Origin: Candidatus Zixiibacteriota bacterium
GTDB taxonomy: Bacteria; Zixibacteria; MSB-5A5; GN15; PGXB01
Length of the DNA: 64,000 nt
Direction: 5' to 3'
Assembly: GCA_016933695.1 (NCBI GenBank)
Contig: JAFGAL010000013.1
Coordinates: 17,459-81,458, forward strand
Shown here: in pieces, positions 37,074 to 46,492 of the stretch
Layout: the number at the start of each line of letters is the position of its first letter
How positions within the stretch are numbered: the first letter of the stretch is position 1
Program-made: the position numbers and the translations under genes
Notes under the pieces: generated by a model
Databases searched by the model: none
The model's input: only the letters and a program-made list of their open reading frames with translations
Told to the model about the DNA's origin: nothing

Positions 37074-38063
37074 TTACGGTACTTCAATCGTGTCAAACAC
37101 CTGTTGCACCAAATCGTCGGAGGTTTTTTCCTCCGCTTCGGCTTCATACGTTACCAGGACCCGGTGGCGAAGCACGTCCGGACCGATGGCCTTGATGTCT
37201 TCGGGAGTGATATATCCCCGCCCGCGCAAAAAGGCATGCGCCTTGGCGGCCAGGTTCAGATAGATCGTCGCGCGCGGCGACGCCCCGTAGGAAATCATAT
37301 CTTTCAGGTTCTTCAGGCCGTATTTCTCCGGCTCGCGCGTGGCAAACACGATATTGAGAATGTACTCCTTGACCTTGTCGTCCACGTAAATTTCCGCGAC
37401 CACTTTGCGCGCCTTGACAATATCATCCGGCGTGATCACCTTGTCGACCGTGATCGCCTCGCCGGTGGTATTGCGATCCATGATAATCCGTTCTTCGGCC
37501 GGCGATGGGTACCCCACCTTCAGCTTGAGCATAAACCGGTCGACTTGCGCTTCGGGAAGCGGGTAGGTGCCCTCCTGTTCGATCGGGTTCTGGGTCGCCA
37601 GCACCAGAAACGGCTCATCGAGTTTGTACGTGGTATCACTGATGGTCACCTGTCGCTCCTGCATGGCCTCCAGCAGAGCCGACTGCACCTTGGCCGGGGC
37701 GCGGTTGATTTCATCGGCGAGAATGATATTGGCGAAAATCGGCCCTTTCTTGACCGTGAAATCCGCCTTCTGGGGATTGTAAATCATCGTGCCGATCAAG
37801 TCCGCGGGAAGCAGGTCCGGGGTGAACTGAATCCGCTGGAACTTGGTGTCGATGGCGTCCGAAAGGGTTTTGACTGAAAGCGTTTTGGCCAGTCCCGGCA
37901 CGCCTTCGAGAAGGATATGTCCGTTGGCCAGAATGCCGACCAGCAGTCGCTCGATCATGTATTTCTGACCGACAATGACATTGCTGATCTGCGACGTCAG
38001 CTTCTCGATAAACGCCGCCTCCTTTTCAACAATCGCCTGAATTTCCTGTATGTCTCTATTCAT
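37074..38063 (-). CDS. moxR: MoxR-family AAA+ ATPase
   Basis: The ORF-track GTG start at 38081 was trimmed to ATG 38063, which is preceded by GGAGG. It has Walker A LLEGVPGLAKT and Walker B ILADEINRA, plus the MoxR C-terminal region. Confidence 0.95.
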   Translation of the reverse strand: MNRDIQEIQAIVEKEAAFIEKLTSQISNVIVGQKYMIERLLVGILANGHILLEGVPGLAKTLSVKTLSDAIDTKFQRIQFTPDLLPADLIGTMIYNPQKADFTVKKGPIFANIILADEINRAPAKVQSALLEAMQERQVTISDTTYKLDEPFLVLATQNPIEQEGTYPLPEAQVDRFMLKLKVGYPSPAEERIIMDRNTTGEAITVDKVITPDDIVKARKVVAEIYVDDKVKEYILNIVFATREPEKYGLKNLKDMISYGASPRATIYLNLAAKAHAFLRGRGYITPEDIKAIGPDVLRHRVLVTYEAEAEEKTSDDLVQQVFDTIEVP

Positions 38064-38073
38064 GATGCCTCCG

Positions 38074-38982
38074 TTACCCACGTCTATCGCAATTCTGCAT
38101 GTAGTTTTCCATTTCTGTTATAAGACGAATCGTGTCGCCGGGTTCCCCGCCGCCGGGTGCGTATTTTTCACGATCCGCCAGCGTCAGCCATCCGGCCAGC
38201 TTTTCTTTCTCACCCCGCGGGATTTCTTTATCGTCCAGTGCCGCAATAACATCCGGCGTCATTCCGCCGACAATGGCAATCTCGTATTTCCGGTCGATAT
38301 AATCCAGCAATAATCTATATAACCGGGTGTAAAATACCTTGCGGTCAATATGCCCCTCCCCCCGGATTTCCGACAGTTTCTCCAGCATTGTCTGTTCCGG
38401 AGTGGTTTCCACCGCAACCGGCCGACGTCCCTTCTTAATAATCAGGACCACCACAAAGACCGCCCCGGCCAGAACAACCGCGATGATCACATAATGGTAC
38501 CATGCCAACCCGGTCGGTTCGGCAAGCACGACCGGCGGTGCGATCTGTATCGAATATTCCTGAGTCGTCAATTGCCCCGAAATCGAATCCGGCATGGTGA
38601 GATATTCCAGTGTGATCGGCAAAATCCGCCCGATACCGCCTTTGGTGGGCTTGAATTCGTATCGAAATATTCGGGTGGTAATATCCTGCCCGTCCTGTTC
38701 CTCGCTGGAAATCGCGGAACTCGATCCCTGTACCGCCAGATACTCAGTTTCCGGAAGCGGGAGGATTCCAAACCGATAATCGGCAATTGTCCCGGTCCAG
38801 CGCACTTCCAAAACCAGCGAAACGGTTTCTTCGAACGCAATATCGGTTTTATCCAGCCTGGCGGACAGGCTGAGTTCCCCACCGGCCGCGCCTTCCACGA
38901 CCGCCAGTGACAGCAAACAGGTCAGAACAATAATAATATATCTATGCACGGTCACTTTGTCCTCAACATTGGAAAGAGGCAA
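38074..38982 (-). CDS. short BatD-architecture protein (second copy)
   Basis: 302 aa from a TTG start; a GTG at 38949 would give a cleaner signal peptide. It has a beta-sandwich module, a TM helix (YVIIAVVLAGAVFVVVLII) and a tail ending LTLADREKYAP. Confidence 0.6.
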   Translation of the reverse strand: MPLSNVEDKVTVHRYIIIVLTCLLSLAVVEGAAGGELSLSARLDKTDIAFEETVSLVLEVRWTGTIADYRFGILPLPETEYLAVQGSSSAISSEEQDGQDITTRIFRYEFKPTKGGIGRILPITLEYLTMPDSISGQLTTQEYSIQIAPPVVLAEPTGLAWYHYVIIAVVLAGAVFVVVLIIKKGRRPVAVETTPEQTMLEKLSEIRGEGHIDRKVFYTRLYRLLLDYIDRKYEIAIVGGMTPDVIAALDDKEIPRGEKEKLAGWLTLADREKYAPGGGEPGDTIRLITEMENYMQNCDRRG

Positions 38983-39084
38983 TTATACAAAATTCGTTGT
39001 CCTTGTCAACTCCATGTCTCCGAGACCCTTGCCCAATCCGTAATTAGATTATACCTTTCTTCTTCGTACAGGTTTCATGGAATT

Positions 39085-39936
39085 TTATTTTCGACCCAGT
39101 AAAAACGCCAATAGCCCCGCCACCATAAGAATTTTCAATGCCCCGCCTGCCAATACAAACCGCCGCATTGATTTCGCCATGATCAGATACCCCACTATTG
39201 CCATCAGTGGAATCGAGACCCCAAATATTACTAAATAGGTATAGACTTGAGTATACCACGTCCATCCGATCGGCAGCACTGCCAGTAGGATCAACACCAG
39301 ATATACCGCCGTTATCAGAACAACGACGTTTTTATGCGAAATCAACATCGGCAACGTGCGATAATGCGCGTTTCGATCACCGCGGTCATCGGCTATATCC
39401 TTCACCAACTCCCTGCCGAAATGGAATAAAAAAGCGTACCCCGCCGGAATCGCCGGCCCGGGCAAAGTCCGAACTGCGGCAAAATCCTTTACCAATCCCC
39501 CCGCGATAAATGTCAGTGCACCCAAGAGCGCCACGACCAGATTGCCCCACAACGCCTTTTTCTTTAATGAGAAATTATAGACAAACAACAGCGCCACACT
39601 GACCGCCACGACCAGCAGAAAAACCGATCCGACCACACCGGCGATAATCAGCCCGACCAGATTCATGACACTTGCGGCCAGTATTGCCTGGTACGACTGC
39701 AAATCCCCCGCCGGAAGCGGCCGTCGGGGATGGTTGATTCGGTCGACCTCAATATCCTTGAAATCGTTGAAGGCATTACCCGCGCCGCATACCAGTGCGG
39801 CGGAAACTGACGCCAGTATCAGACGCCATTCGCCCCCATCCATGCCGGCCAGAAACCCGCCCAGCCAGACTCCGACACCAGCCATCAGGGCATTATGAAC
39901 ACGTGTTAATCGTAACAGGGCCAATGCGGTTCGCAT
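39085..39936 (-). CDS. UbiA-superfamily prenyltransferase, DGGGPS/ChlG-like subgroup
   Basis: 283 aa with ~8 TM helices. The first motif is NAFNDFKDIEVDRINHPRRPLPAG and the second is KDIADDRGDRNAHYRTLP. Confidence 0.85.
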   Translation of the reverse strand: MRTALALLRLTRVHNALMAGVGVWLGGFLAGMDGGEWRLILASVSAALVCGAGNAFNDFKDIEVDRINHPRRPLPAGDLQSYQAILAASVMNLVGLIIAGVVGSVFLLVVAVSVALLFVYNFSLKKKALWGNLVVALLGALTFIAGGLVKDFAAVRTLPGPAIPAGYAFLFHFGRELVKDIADDRGDRNAHYRTLPMLISHKNVVVLITAVYLVLILLAVLPIGWTWYTQVYTYLVIFGVSIPLMAIVGYLIMAKSMRRFVLAGGALKILMVAGLLAFLLGRK

Positions 39937-39974
39937 GGCAAAGGATACACCGACGAGTTCCTCAAGTCAATTAA

Positions 39975-41435
39975 TTAAAAGCGGTTGGAAAGCGTTATCA
40001 ACAGCCGGGGTTGATCAAAACCGGCGTCCTCGTTCCAGGCAAATTCGATCCGCAGGGCGCGGCTGGCCGACGCCAGCCTGATCCCCGCACCATACCCCCA
40101 GCGATATTCCGATTCTTTACTGACCGTGCCGTCAGCATCGCGATCCCACTCATAATGGACACCGTCAACAAACGGATAGATATAGTCGATCTCCGAAACA
40201 AACACCCGCCATTCGAATGTCCCCAAAACAACTCGGCGTGCCGCAAACTGATCGCTCCTGTACCCTCGCAATGATCCCGGCCCACCGAACATGAACAATT
40301 CAGAAATCGGAAGCGGTGCCTCGGAACTTTTCACATCCCGAAATGTTCCGCCGACAAACCCGGTCAATCCGGGGATCAGCCTTTGCGAGTATTCCAGGCG
40401 AACTTCGTTTTTGGTATCATTATACGCCGAACGTGCGACCGAAACCGTATCACCGCCGCGATAGATTCGCCCCAAATAACTGATACGCCAGTCCACCAGA
40501 TACGCCGTTCGAGTCGACCTGGTCGCATCGATTCCGCCGATTCGTACCCCCACCCCGGCTTCATACGAGGCATACGAGCGCAAGGCATCGTCGGCGGGCT
40601 CGACATTTTTCCAGGCGAGCGATGCCGTTATTCGCATACGCGATGACAATTCCAACTGGTAGGATATGCCAACGCCGAATTCATAGAAATCATTGCGATA
40701 ATCACGCGTATGCACGTTCCCTCCGATTTCACCGATCCCCATCCAGAACACCGGCTGGGCATATCGGACGTCAAACACGGTTTTGTATTTTTCACGCTGA
40801 TCAGCCAAAAGCGACACCTGCCTTCCCCCACCGAGAAAATTCCGCGCTTGGAGATTCATGTACCAGATAAGATACCCATCATCATCGGGCACATATCCCG
40901 CCGCGCCGTCGATAATCAACTGCCGCTTTTCGCTCAGCGCATAGCGCACGGTCGCAGTCCGATATCCGGGGTCGGGGACGACGTCAGGCGGACGGTCCAA
41001 ACTCGCAAATGACAAATCGCGGAGGCGATCCGCTGATCGGTTGATTCGGTCGGCAAACAACGTATCGCCCACTGAAAGGCGGATATACCGGCGGATCAAT
41101 TCCGGACGGGTCTTTTTCAAACCGTCGATACCGATCCCCGATATGGTTACCACCGGACCCCGTTGCACATGGACATGCAGGTCAATCGTATCGCCTTCGC
41201 CAATCGCCCCTGCCGGCGAAAGCGACACATAATAAAAGCCGCTGTCCTGATACGCGTTCAGCATTGATTCCAGTATCGGCTCCACGTGTTTTTGCGTGAA
41301 AACCGCATCGATCCGCAGGGTATCGATTCGGTCGCCCTCCAGAATCAACTTGCCCAGATGCGGGGTCTCCGACGCCATGACAATCCCGCAGACAATCAGT
41401 CCCGCGATGATGATTAAGTTAAAAACTCGCGACAA
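39975..41435 (-). CDS. Omp85 (BamA/TamA/TpsB-like) outer membrane protein with reduced POTRA region
   Basis: 486 aa with a TTG start overlapping the upstream gene by 17 nt. It has a POTRA-like segment (ISGIGIDGLKKTRPELIRRYIRLSVGDTLF), the loop-6 motif GGPGSLRGY and a C-terminal F. Confidence 0.85.
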   Translation of the reverse strand: MSRVFNLIIIAGLIVCGIVMASETPHLGKLILEGDRIDTLRIDAVFTQKHVEPILESMLNAYQDSGFYYVSLSPAGAIGEGDTIDLHVHVQRGPVVTISGIGIDGLKKTRPELIRRYIRLSVGDTLFADRINRSADRLRDLSFASLDRPPDVVPDPGYRTATVRYALSEKRQLIIDGAAGYVPDDDGYLIWYMNLQARNFLGGGRQVSLLADQREKYKTVFDVRYAQPVFWMGIGEIGGNVHTRDYRNDFYEFGVGISYQLELSSRMRITASLAWKNVEPADDALRSYASYEAGVGVRIGGIDATRSTRTAYLVDWRISYLGRIYRGGDTVSVARSAYNDTKNEVRLEYSQRLIPGLTGFVGGTFRDVKSSEAPLPISELFMFGGPGSLRGYRSDQFAARRVVLGTFEWRVFVSEIDYIYPFVDGVHYEWDRDADGTVSKESEYRWGYGAGIRLASASRALRIEFAWNEDAGFDQPRLLITLSNRF

Positions 41436-44400
41436 ATTCCCCCCTTGCCGTCAGACGCGGTTTCCGATCATCGGAATGACGACCGGTACAATTCAATGTC
41501 AGGCGGAAGTCTTTTCGAATCCGCACATCCGATCGCACTATCCAAACCACGCCGCGTTTACCCGCGAGATTGTCAGTCAGACGATACGACACGGGTGCGG
41601 TTTCAATCAGATCCTGAATGTACCCCTTGATTTCAACCGAACTCTCGCCCGCGTTCAGAACATATACGCGTGGTTTGACCGTCGCGATGTACTGCCGTGA
41701 CTTTGAACCGTTGAGATCTTCGGCATAACGATACGCCAGACTGCCGTCGATTTGCCCCGATGAGAATTTACCTGTTGCCGCTGAAGTCAGCAGTAAACCG
41801 TCGATATGTTCCGTCACCGCATAATGCTCGTCGCGATCAAAGGCAAAATACTCCCCTTCCTGGCGAAACAGCCAGTTTTCGTATCCCTGGCGCAAGGCCA
41901 GACGCCACGCCTGCTCCCGGCGTTCGGTTGCATTCCCGCTCAACAGGCGATCTTCCCGATGGAACGATCCTCCGATCGTCACGGCATAATACCCGGCAAA
42001 ACGTAACAGTTTCACTTCACCCGAATAGTACACCGTGCGGTATTGATAGGTCTTGCCGTTATCGGAATAAAACGGCAACAACCACAGGAGGTTGCGATCC
42101 TCGTCGGCCTGCATGTCCTCGTCGATGGTCGAAACCAGACGCGCGTATATGTCAGGGACACTGTAGGTCACGTTAAACGATTTCTGTCCGGATTTCACCG
42201 AAGCCTGCGTCGAGCGCACCTCTTCCACCTCGATAAAGTTGCCTTCCGGGTCAGGAATATATTGCCCGTCCTCGAGGACATATTGCCCCTCGCCCAAATT
42301 GACTTCGAGATACCGCACGCCGCGTTCATAGCGGTTTTCATCGGATATCGCGATTGTCCCATCGATACTCAAATCGGGTTTCCGACCGCTGTAATTGTAC
42401 CGGACGCGTGTCATGTACTGGTTTTCACGGACTTCGTCCTGTACGTTCCTTTGCGCCAGCAAAAACAAATCGGTGCGGACCGGACCGAGTTTGCCGGTGA
42501 CATTTGCCGTTCCCCGGTCGCGACGAAGCCGGTTGTGCCAGTCGCCCTGAAGCGTGTCCTCTTCATAATGCTGAAACCCGATTGTTCCGGTCTTGTACGA
42601 CAGGGTCAGGTCATATTGATACTCCGTCGTTCCCCGCGTCTCCGACTGGTACGTATTCCGGCGACGGTCATAGATAAACCCCGACTGCGCCTGGATATGC
42701 CGCGTCAAAGCATGATCGACTTTCACCTGAGCGATATCTCCTATGCCATCACCCGGGACATGCGGCGAATCCAGATTGGCCCTGATTCTTGTGTATGCCA
42801 CTGAGGGCAAAAACGACCGCGCCGAATCGGGATATGCCGCAAAAGTCCCCACGACCGAGGAAAACCGCCTTTTAAAGCTCAACATCCCGCCGTCAAGATA
42901 CACATGGTACGGACCGGGAGTGATCAATGCCGCCGATCCGGTCGCTTCGATTTCATCGGTATCTATCACCCACCCGGTCGGAATCAGATACCGACGTGAC
43001 CTGTCCGGACGATTGCGCCGGATGGTTGAGGTATAGGTCTTATTGATTATGTGCAGGTTTCCTTTCGCACCGTTTTGGGTTGCCCCTATCGTCGGCTGCG
43101 CTCCGATGGTGCCCTCGACCATATACTGCCCGCCGCGATTGTCATTATCATCCCGGTCGGAATACAAGTTGGCATCATAGTCGGATTGTTTCGTCAGCAC
43201 AGAGATACGGCTTTGTTTCGTCAGATGAACCGTCAGGCCGACTTCATAGTATTCTTTTCGCTCCGGAACCGCGACCCGGACAATCGGCAGATAATCCCCC
43301 GCCCCGGCGCCGACATACCGATAGCGTTCGCCTCCCTCGTAAACATACTCTCCTTGTGAGGCATCGACAGCGGTGAATGTCACCCGATACTCACCCAATC
43401 CCTCGCCGACATATACGAAGTACCGATGGCCGAGACTGTCAAAACGTTCTGCGTACGATCCGGTCGTGTCCGCCACGGCACCGTCGCGAAAACCCGATTC
43501 GACCGCATCGCCAATCGATTCCAATAATGCAATATCTTCCGCACTCAATTCGCCGGTCTCCGGCTGATCTTTGACATCTCCCTCCCGATAGTACGCCGCC
43601 GTAAAGGACATGGTCGAATCACTCGATGCCACTCCGGTATGAAAGCGATACAATTCCTGCTGATACTCATCGGTCAACGGTTCGAAATCGACCTCGATTC
43701 GTGACCGTGAATCGATCGGGACTCTCGGCATGAACGTGATGCTCGCGCCGGGATAATCCATTACATAATCCTTGTCCGCACCGCGCTCCAGCGAACGACC
43801 GTCGACCCATACCTGCTCCGAACCCGGCACGATTGCCGTCACCGCGCGGTCGGTCGCGATTCGATACGGTCCCTGCATCTGATCGATTCCGTTCAACTGC
43901 ACACTGGCAAACCGTCCGCGCGGACGTGCCAGAATACCGCCCAGCGAAATGGTGCGGTCGGCATAACCGACTGTTATTCCCGATACCTGTTTCGGTGCGG
44001 AGCGTCCGAACCCAGAGGGTGTGGTAATTTCCAGATTGCCGATCTCGGATGAAAACCGCCGGGATCGCACCGCCAGATACAGCTTGTCCAGTTCACTGAT
44101 ACGGCTGTTGACCGTGCCGTAGGTCGGATCATATCCCCGGTCGGTCACCGAACCCTGTATGGTCACTCCCGATGACAATTCGCCGGCGATCGACAAATCC
44201 AGAGACTGGCTGAATTCCGATGTCCCGCCGCTCTGGGACAGAATCGAGAACCGCTTCGCCCCCTTGATAAACACCCCGCCCTCTTTCCGCGACAACGGCG
44301 ATGGTGACGCGACCGATGTGATCCCGGGAGATGGTAACGCCTGTTCGGAAGTCTCCGGCGGGGCAATGCCATAACGCGATTTCAACCATGAGGGTAACGG

Positions 44401-44685
44401 CGTATAGTACACCACCAGTGAATCGCCGTCGGACGGCGGCGGCAATGACAAGGAAAGCATACCCCGGGCATAATCGATACGATAATCATGATCCCGTTCC
44501 AAACGCCGGCCGTTGTAAAACAGGCTGTCGGAATCGGTCACAATCAGCGACTCGGATATACGCATGATCGGCTTGAGTTGAACGGAAGAAAAGACCCGTG
44601 ATGCCGCGATGGCTTCGCCCCCAATCGCGACCAGCGCGAGGACGGCGATCATATACACAAAGCCCGGATGGCGATACGTGATCAT
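41419..44685 (-). CDS. 1088-aa putative outer membrane beta-barrel protein, family unassigned
   Basis: It has a signal peptide (VYMIAVLALVAIGGEAIAA), beta-rich alternating composition throughout, frequent aromatic/Gly/Arg strand ends and a C-terminus ...GEFVASF (an aromatic terminal residue as in OMPs). Confidence 0.7.
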   Translation of the reverse strand: MITYRHPGFVYMIAVLALVAIGGEAIAASRVFSSVQLKPIMRISESLIVTDSDSLFYNGRRLERDHDYRIDYARGMLSLSLPPPSDGDSLVVYYTPLPSWLKSRYGIAPPETSEQALPSPGITSVASPSPLSRKEGGVFIKGAKRFSILSQSGGTSEFSQSLDLSIAGELSSGVTIQGSVTDRGYDPTYGTVNSRISELDKLYLAVRSRRFSSEIGNLEITTPSGFGRSAPKQVSGITVGYADRTISLGGILARPRGRFASVQLNGIDQMQGPYRIATDRAVTAIVPGSEQVWVDGRSLERGADKDYVMDYPGASITFMPRVPIDSRSRIEVDFEPLTDEYQQELYRFHTGVASSDSTMSFTAAYYREGDVKDQPETGELSAEDIALLESIGDAVESGFRDGAVADTTGSYAERFDSLGHRYFVYVGEGLGEYRVTFTAVDASQGEYVYEGGERYRYVGAGAGDYLPIVRVAVPERKEYYEVGLTVHLTKQSRISVLTKQSDYDANLYSDRDDNDNRGGQYMVEGTIGAQPTIGATQNGAKGNLHIINKTYTSTIRRNRPDRSRRYLIPTGWVIDTDEIEATGSAALITPGPYHVYLDGGMLSFKRRFSSVVGTFAAYPDSARSFLPSVAYTRIRANLDSPHVPGDGIGDIAQVKVDHALTRHIQAQSGFIYDRRRNTYQSETRGTTEYQYDLTLSYKTGTIGFQHYEEDTLQGDWHNRLRRDRGTANVTGKLGPVRTDLFLLAQRNVQDEVRENQYMTRVRYNYSGRKPDLSIDGTIAISDENRYERGVRYLEVNLGEGQYVLEDGQYIPDPEGNFIEVEEVRSTQASVKSGQKSFNVTYSVPDIYARLVSTIDEDMQADEDRNLLWLLPFYSDNGKTYQYRTVYYSGEVKLLRFAGYYAVTIGGSFHREDRLLSGNATERREQAWRLALRQGYENWLFRQEGEYFAFDRDEHYAVTEHIDGLLLTSAATGKFSSGQIDGSLAYRYAEDLNGSKSRQYIATVKPRVYVLNAGESSVEIKGYIQDLIETAPVSYRLTDNLAGKRGVVWIVRSDVRIRKDFRLTLNCTGRHSDDRKPRLTARGEFVASF

Positions 44686-45641
44686 CAGTCCTGATAGAGG
44701 ATATGGTACACCAGCAGGCGGTCGCCCTTGACATCGCTTACGATCAGCCGGCTACCCGGAAGCGCCGCCACGTCAAACGGTTCTTCCATTTTGTCGAAGG
44801 CGGCGTCCCGACCGCGTTCCCCGATATACAACGCATTTCCCTGCCCGTCAAAACAGCACAGCGCCGCCGGATCTCGGTCCACCACCCAGATATTTCCGTG
44901 ATCGTCGACCGTGATCCCCGACGGGTCATTGAGATACCCGCCGCCGAACGACGACATGTATATGCCGAACGCATCGAATTTCTCGATCTTGGCGTTGCCG
45001 TTATCACAGGTCAGGATGGTATTGTCCGGCAAAAGATATATCCCCGTGGGCTTGAGCAGGTATCCCGCCGATGTCTCCGCACCGCCGACAAAACGGTCGA
45101 AATTGCTGAAACTGTTGAAAACGGCAATACGGGAATTATCGCGATCCGCCACCAGCACTTCGCCGAATTCACTGATCGCGATTCCCGCCGGACGACCGTA
45201 CTTGAGCGGGTCTTCGGGATCGACCAGGTCGATCAGGTACCCGAAATTGAGATGCGTATCGAAAACACTGATGCGCTGATTGCCCTCTTCCGACACGTAC
45301 AGATTCAGGTTGCGGTCGGCTGTAATGTACGTCGGCCATTTCAGCAATCCCTCGGCCGTGCCGAAACCGCCGACATCCCGAAGCGCCTGCATGTCGCGGG
45401 AAAAACGGATGATGCGATTATTGCCTGCATCGACCACATACACCGCGCCGGTATTGTCGACCGTAACGCCTTTGGGTTGTGAGAGAGAACGCGAAAGCAC
45501 CGTGCCTTCAATCACGGTTTCCAGAATCAGTCCGAGCGGGGTGGCAACTGGGCGGGTTTCCTGTCCCGGCCTGGGGCCACAGGACAGCAACAGCAGAACC
45601 AGCGCCGGAATCATCCGACATTGACGGCAAAGTCGCCACAT
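44685..45641 (-). CDS. NHL-repeat beta-propeller lipoprotein
   Basis: 318 aa with lipobox LLLLSCG. Six repeats follow the pattern P.G..VD..G..YV.D..N.RI..F typical of NHL propellers. Confidence 0.8.
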   Translation of the reverse strand: MWRLCRQCRMIPALVLLLLSCGPRPGQETRPVATPLGLILETVIEGTVLSRSLSQPKGVTVDNTGAVYVVDAGNNRIIRFSRDMQALRDVGGFGTAEGLLKWPTYITADRNLNLYVSEEGNQRISVFDTHLNFGYLIDLVDPEDPLKYGRPAGIAISEFGEVLVADRDNSRIAVFNSFSNFDRFVGGAETSAGYLLKPTGIYLLPDNTILTCDNGNAKIEKFDAFGIYMSSFGGGYLNDPSGITVDDHGNIWVVDRDPAALCCFDGQGNALYIGERGRDAAFDKMEEPFDVAALPGSRLIVSDVKGDRLLVYHILYQD

Positions 45642-45643
45642 GT

Positions 45644-46489
45644 TTAGAATTGATGCGAAAACGACAGATTCACTCTGGGGTTGTCTCCGAACGGACTGCC
45701 GGAGACCTTGAATTTGCTGATGAGTCCCAGGTAATCGTCGTTTATCTCCTCTTCATCATCCTTCTTTTGCCCGCCCGTTTTCCTTTTAAGAATACGGAAG
45801 GCGTCAATACCGGCGATAATGCGGTTGGCCGCGGCCACTCCGATCATGAACACCGCATTGCGAAACGAGGACTCGGCCGCGTTGCGGATGGTGCGATACT
45901 CCGCGCGCGAATCCGGACTGTCCCAGTACCAATAGGTCATCGGATCGTTGGGATTGTAATACGGCCGTCCCGATTCATACAAGCGGCCGGAGCCGTTGTA
46001 CTCATAAACATTATCATAGAACGACAGCATCTTGTAAAATTCGTTATCATCCTGAGCCGATGAGATACCGGCGTGCGCCACGGCATAATTGCGGTAATCG
46101 TCCTCTTTCCAGTTGCCGTACGTGTAAAACGCCGCCGCTCCCAGCCAGGCCACGGCCTCGGTTCCCAGAAAGAATTCCGCACGCCCCTTTTCGCCCATGT
46201 ACAGGTGTCCCGCTCCCGGCAGAAGCAGGGTCAGGGCAATTGCCTTGGTCCTCGAAATCTCCCGTTTCTTTTCGTATCCCGGCGGATTCACCGATGCCGT
46301 CGGGGCGATCGACAAGGTCTGTGAGGCAAGTAGTGACGCCGCATCGGGGCCGGTCATGGCGAATTGCAGATCGAGACGCGACGTCGGCAGTTCCACCGCT
46401 CCTTCCGCCAGTCCGCACCAGGCAAGGATGGCACAACACATGCAAACAAGGGTCAATCGGAATCTGGACATATGCAACATATCCGCCAT
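45644..46489 (-). CDS. secreted/outer-membrane protein of unknown function (paralog A, DUF5683-like PGxGxxY motif)
   Basis: 281 aa with a signal peptide, the motif AIALTLLLPGAGHLYMG and a C-terminus SFSHQF. Confidence 0.65.
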   Translation of the reverse strand: MADMLHMSRFRLTLVCMCCAILAWCGLAEGAVELPTSRLDLQFAMTGPDAASLLASQTLSIAPTASVNPPGYEKKREISRTKAIALTLLLPGAGHLYMGEKGRAEFFLGTEAVAWLGAAAFYTYGNWKEDDYRNYAVAHAGISSAQDDNEFYKMLSFYDNVYEYNGSGRLYESGRPYYNPNDPMTYWYWDSPDSRAEYRTIRNAAESSFRNAVFMIGVAAANRIIAGIDAFRILKRKTGGQKKDDEEEINDDYLGLISKFKVSGSPFGDNPRVNLSFSHQF

Positions 46490-46492
46490 GAC

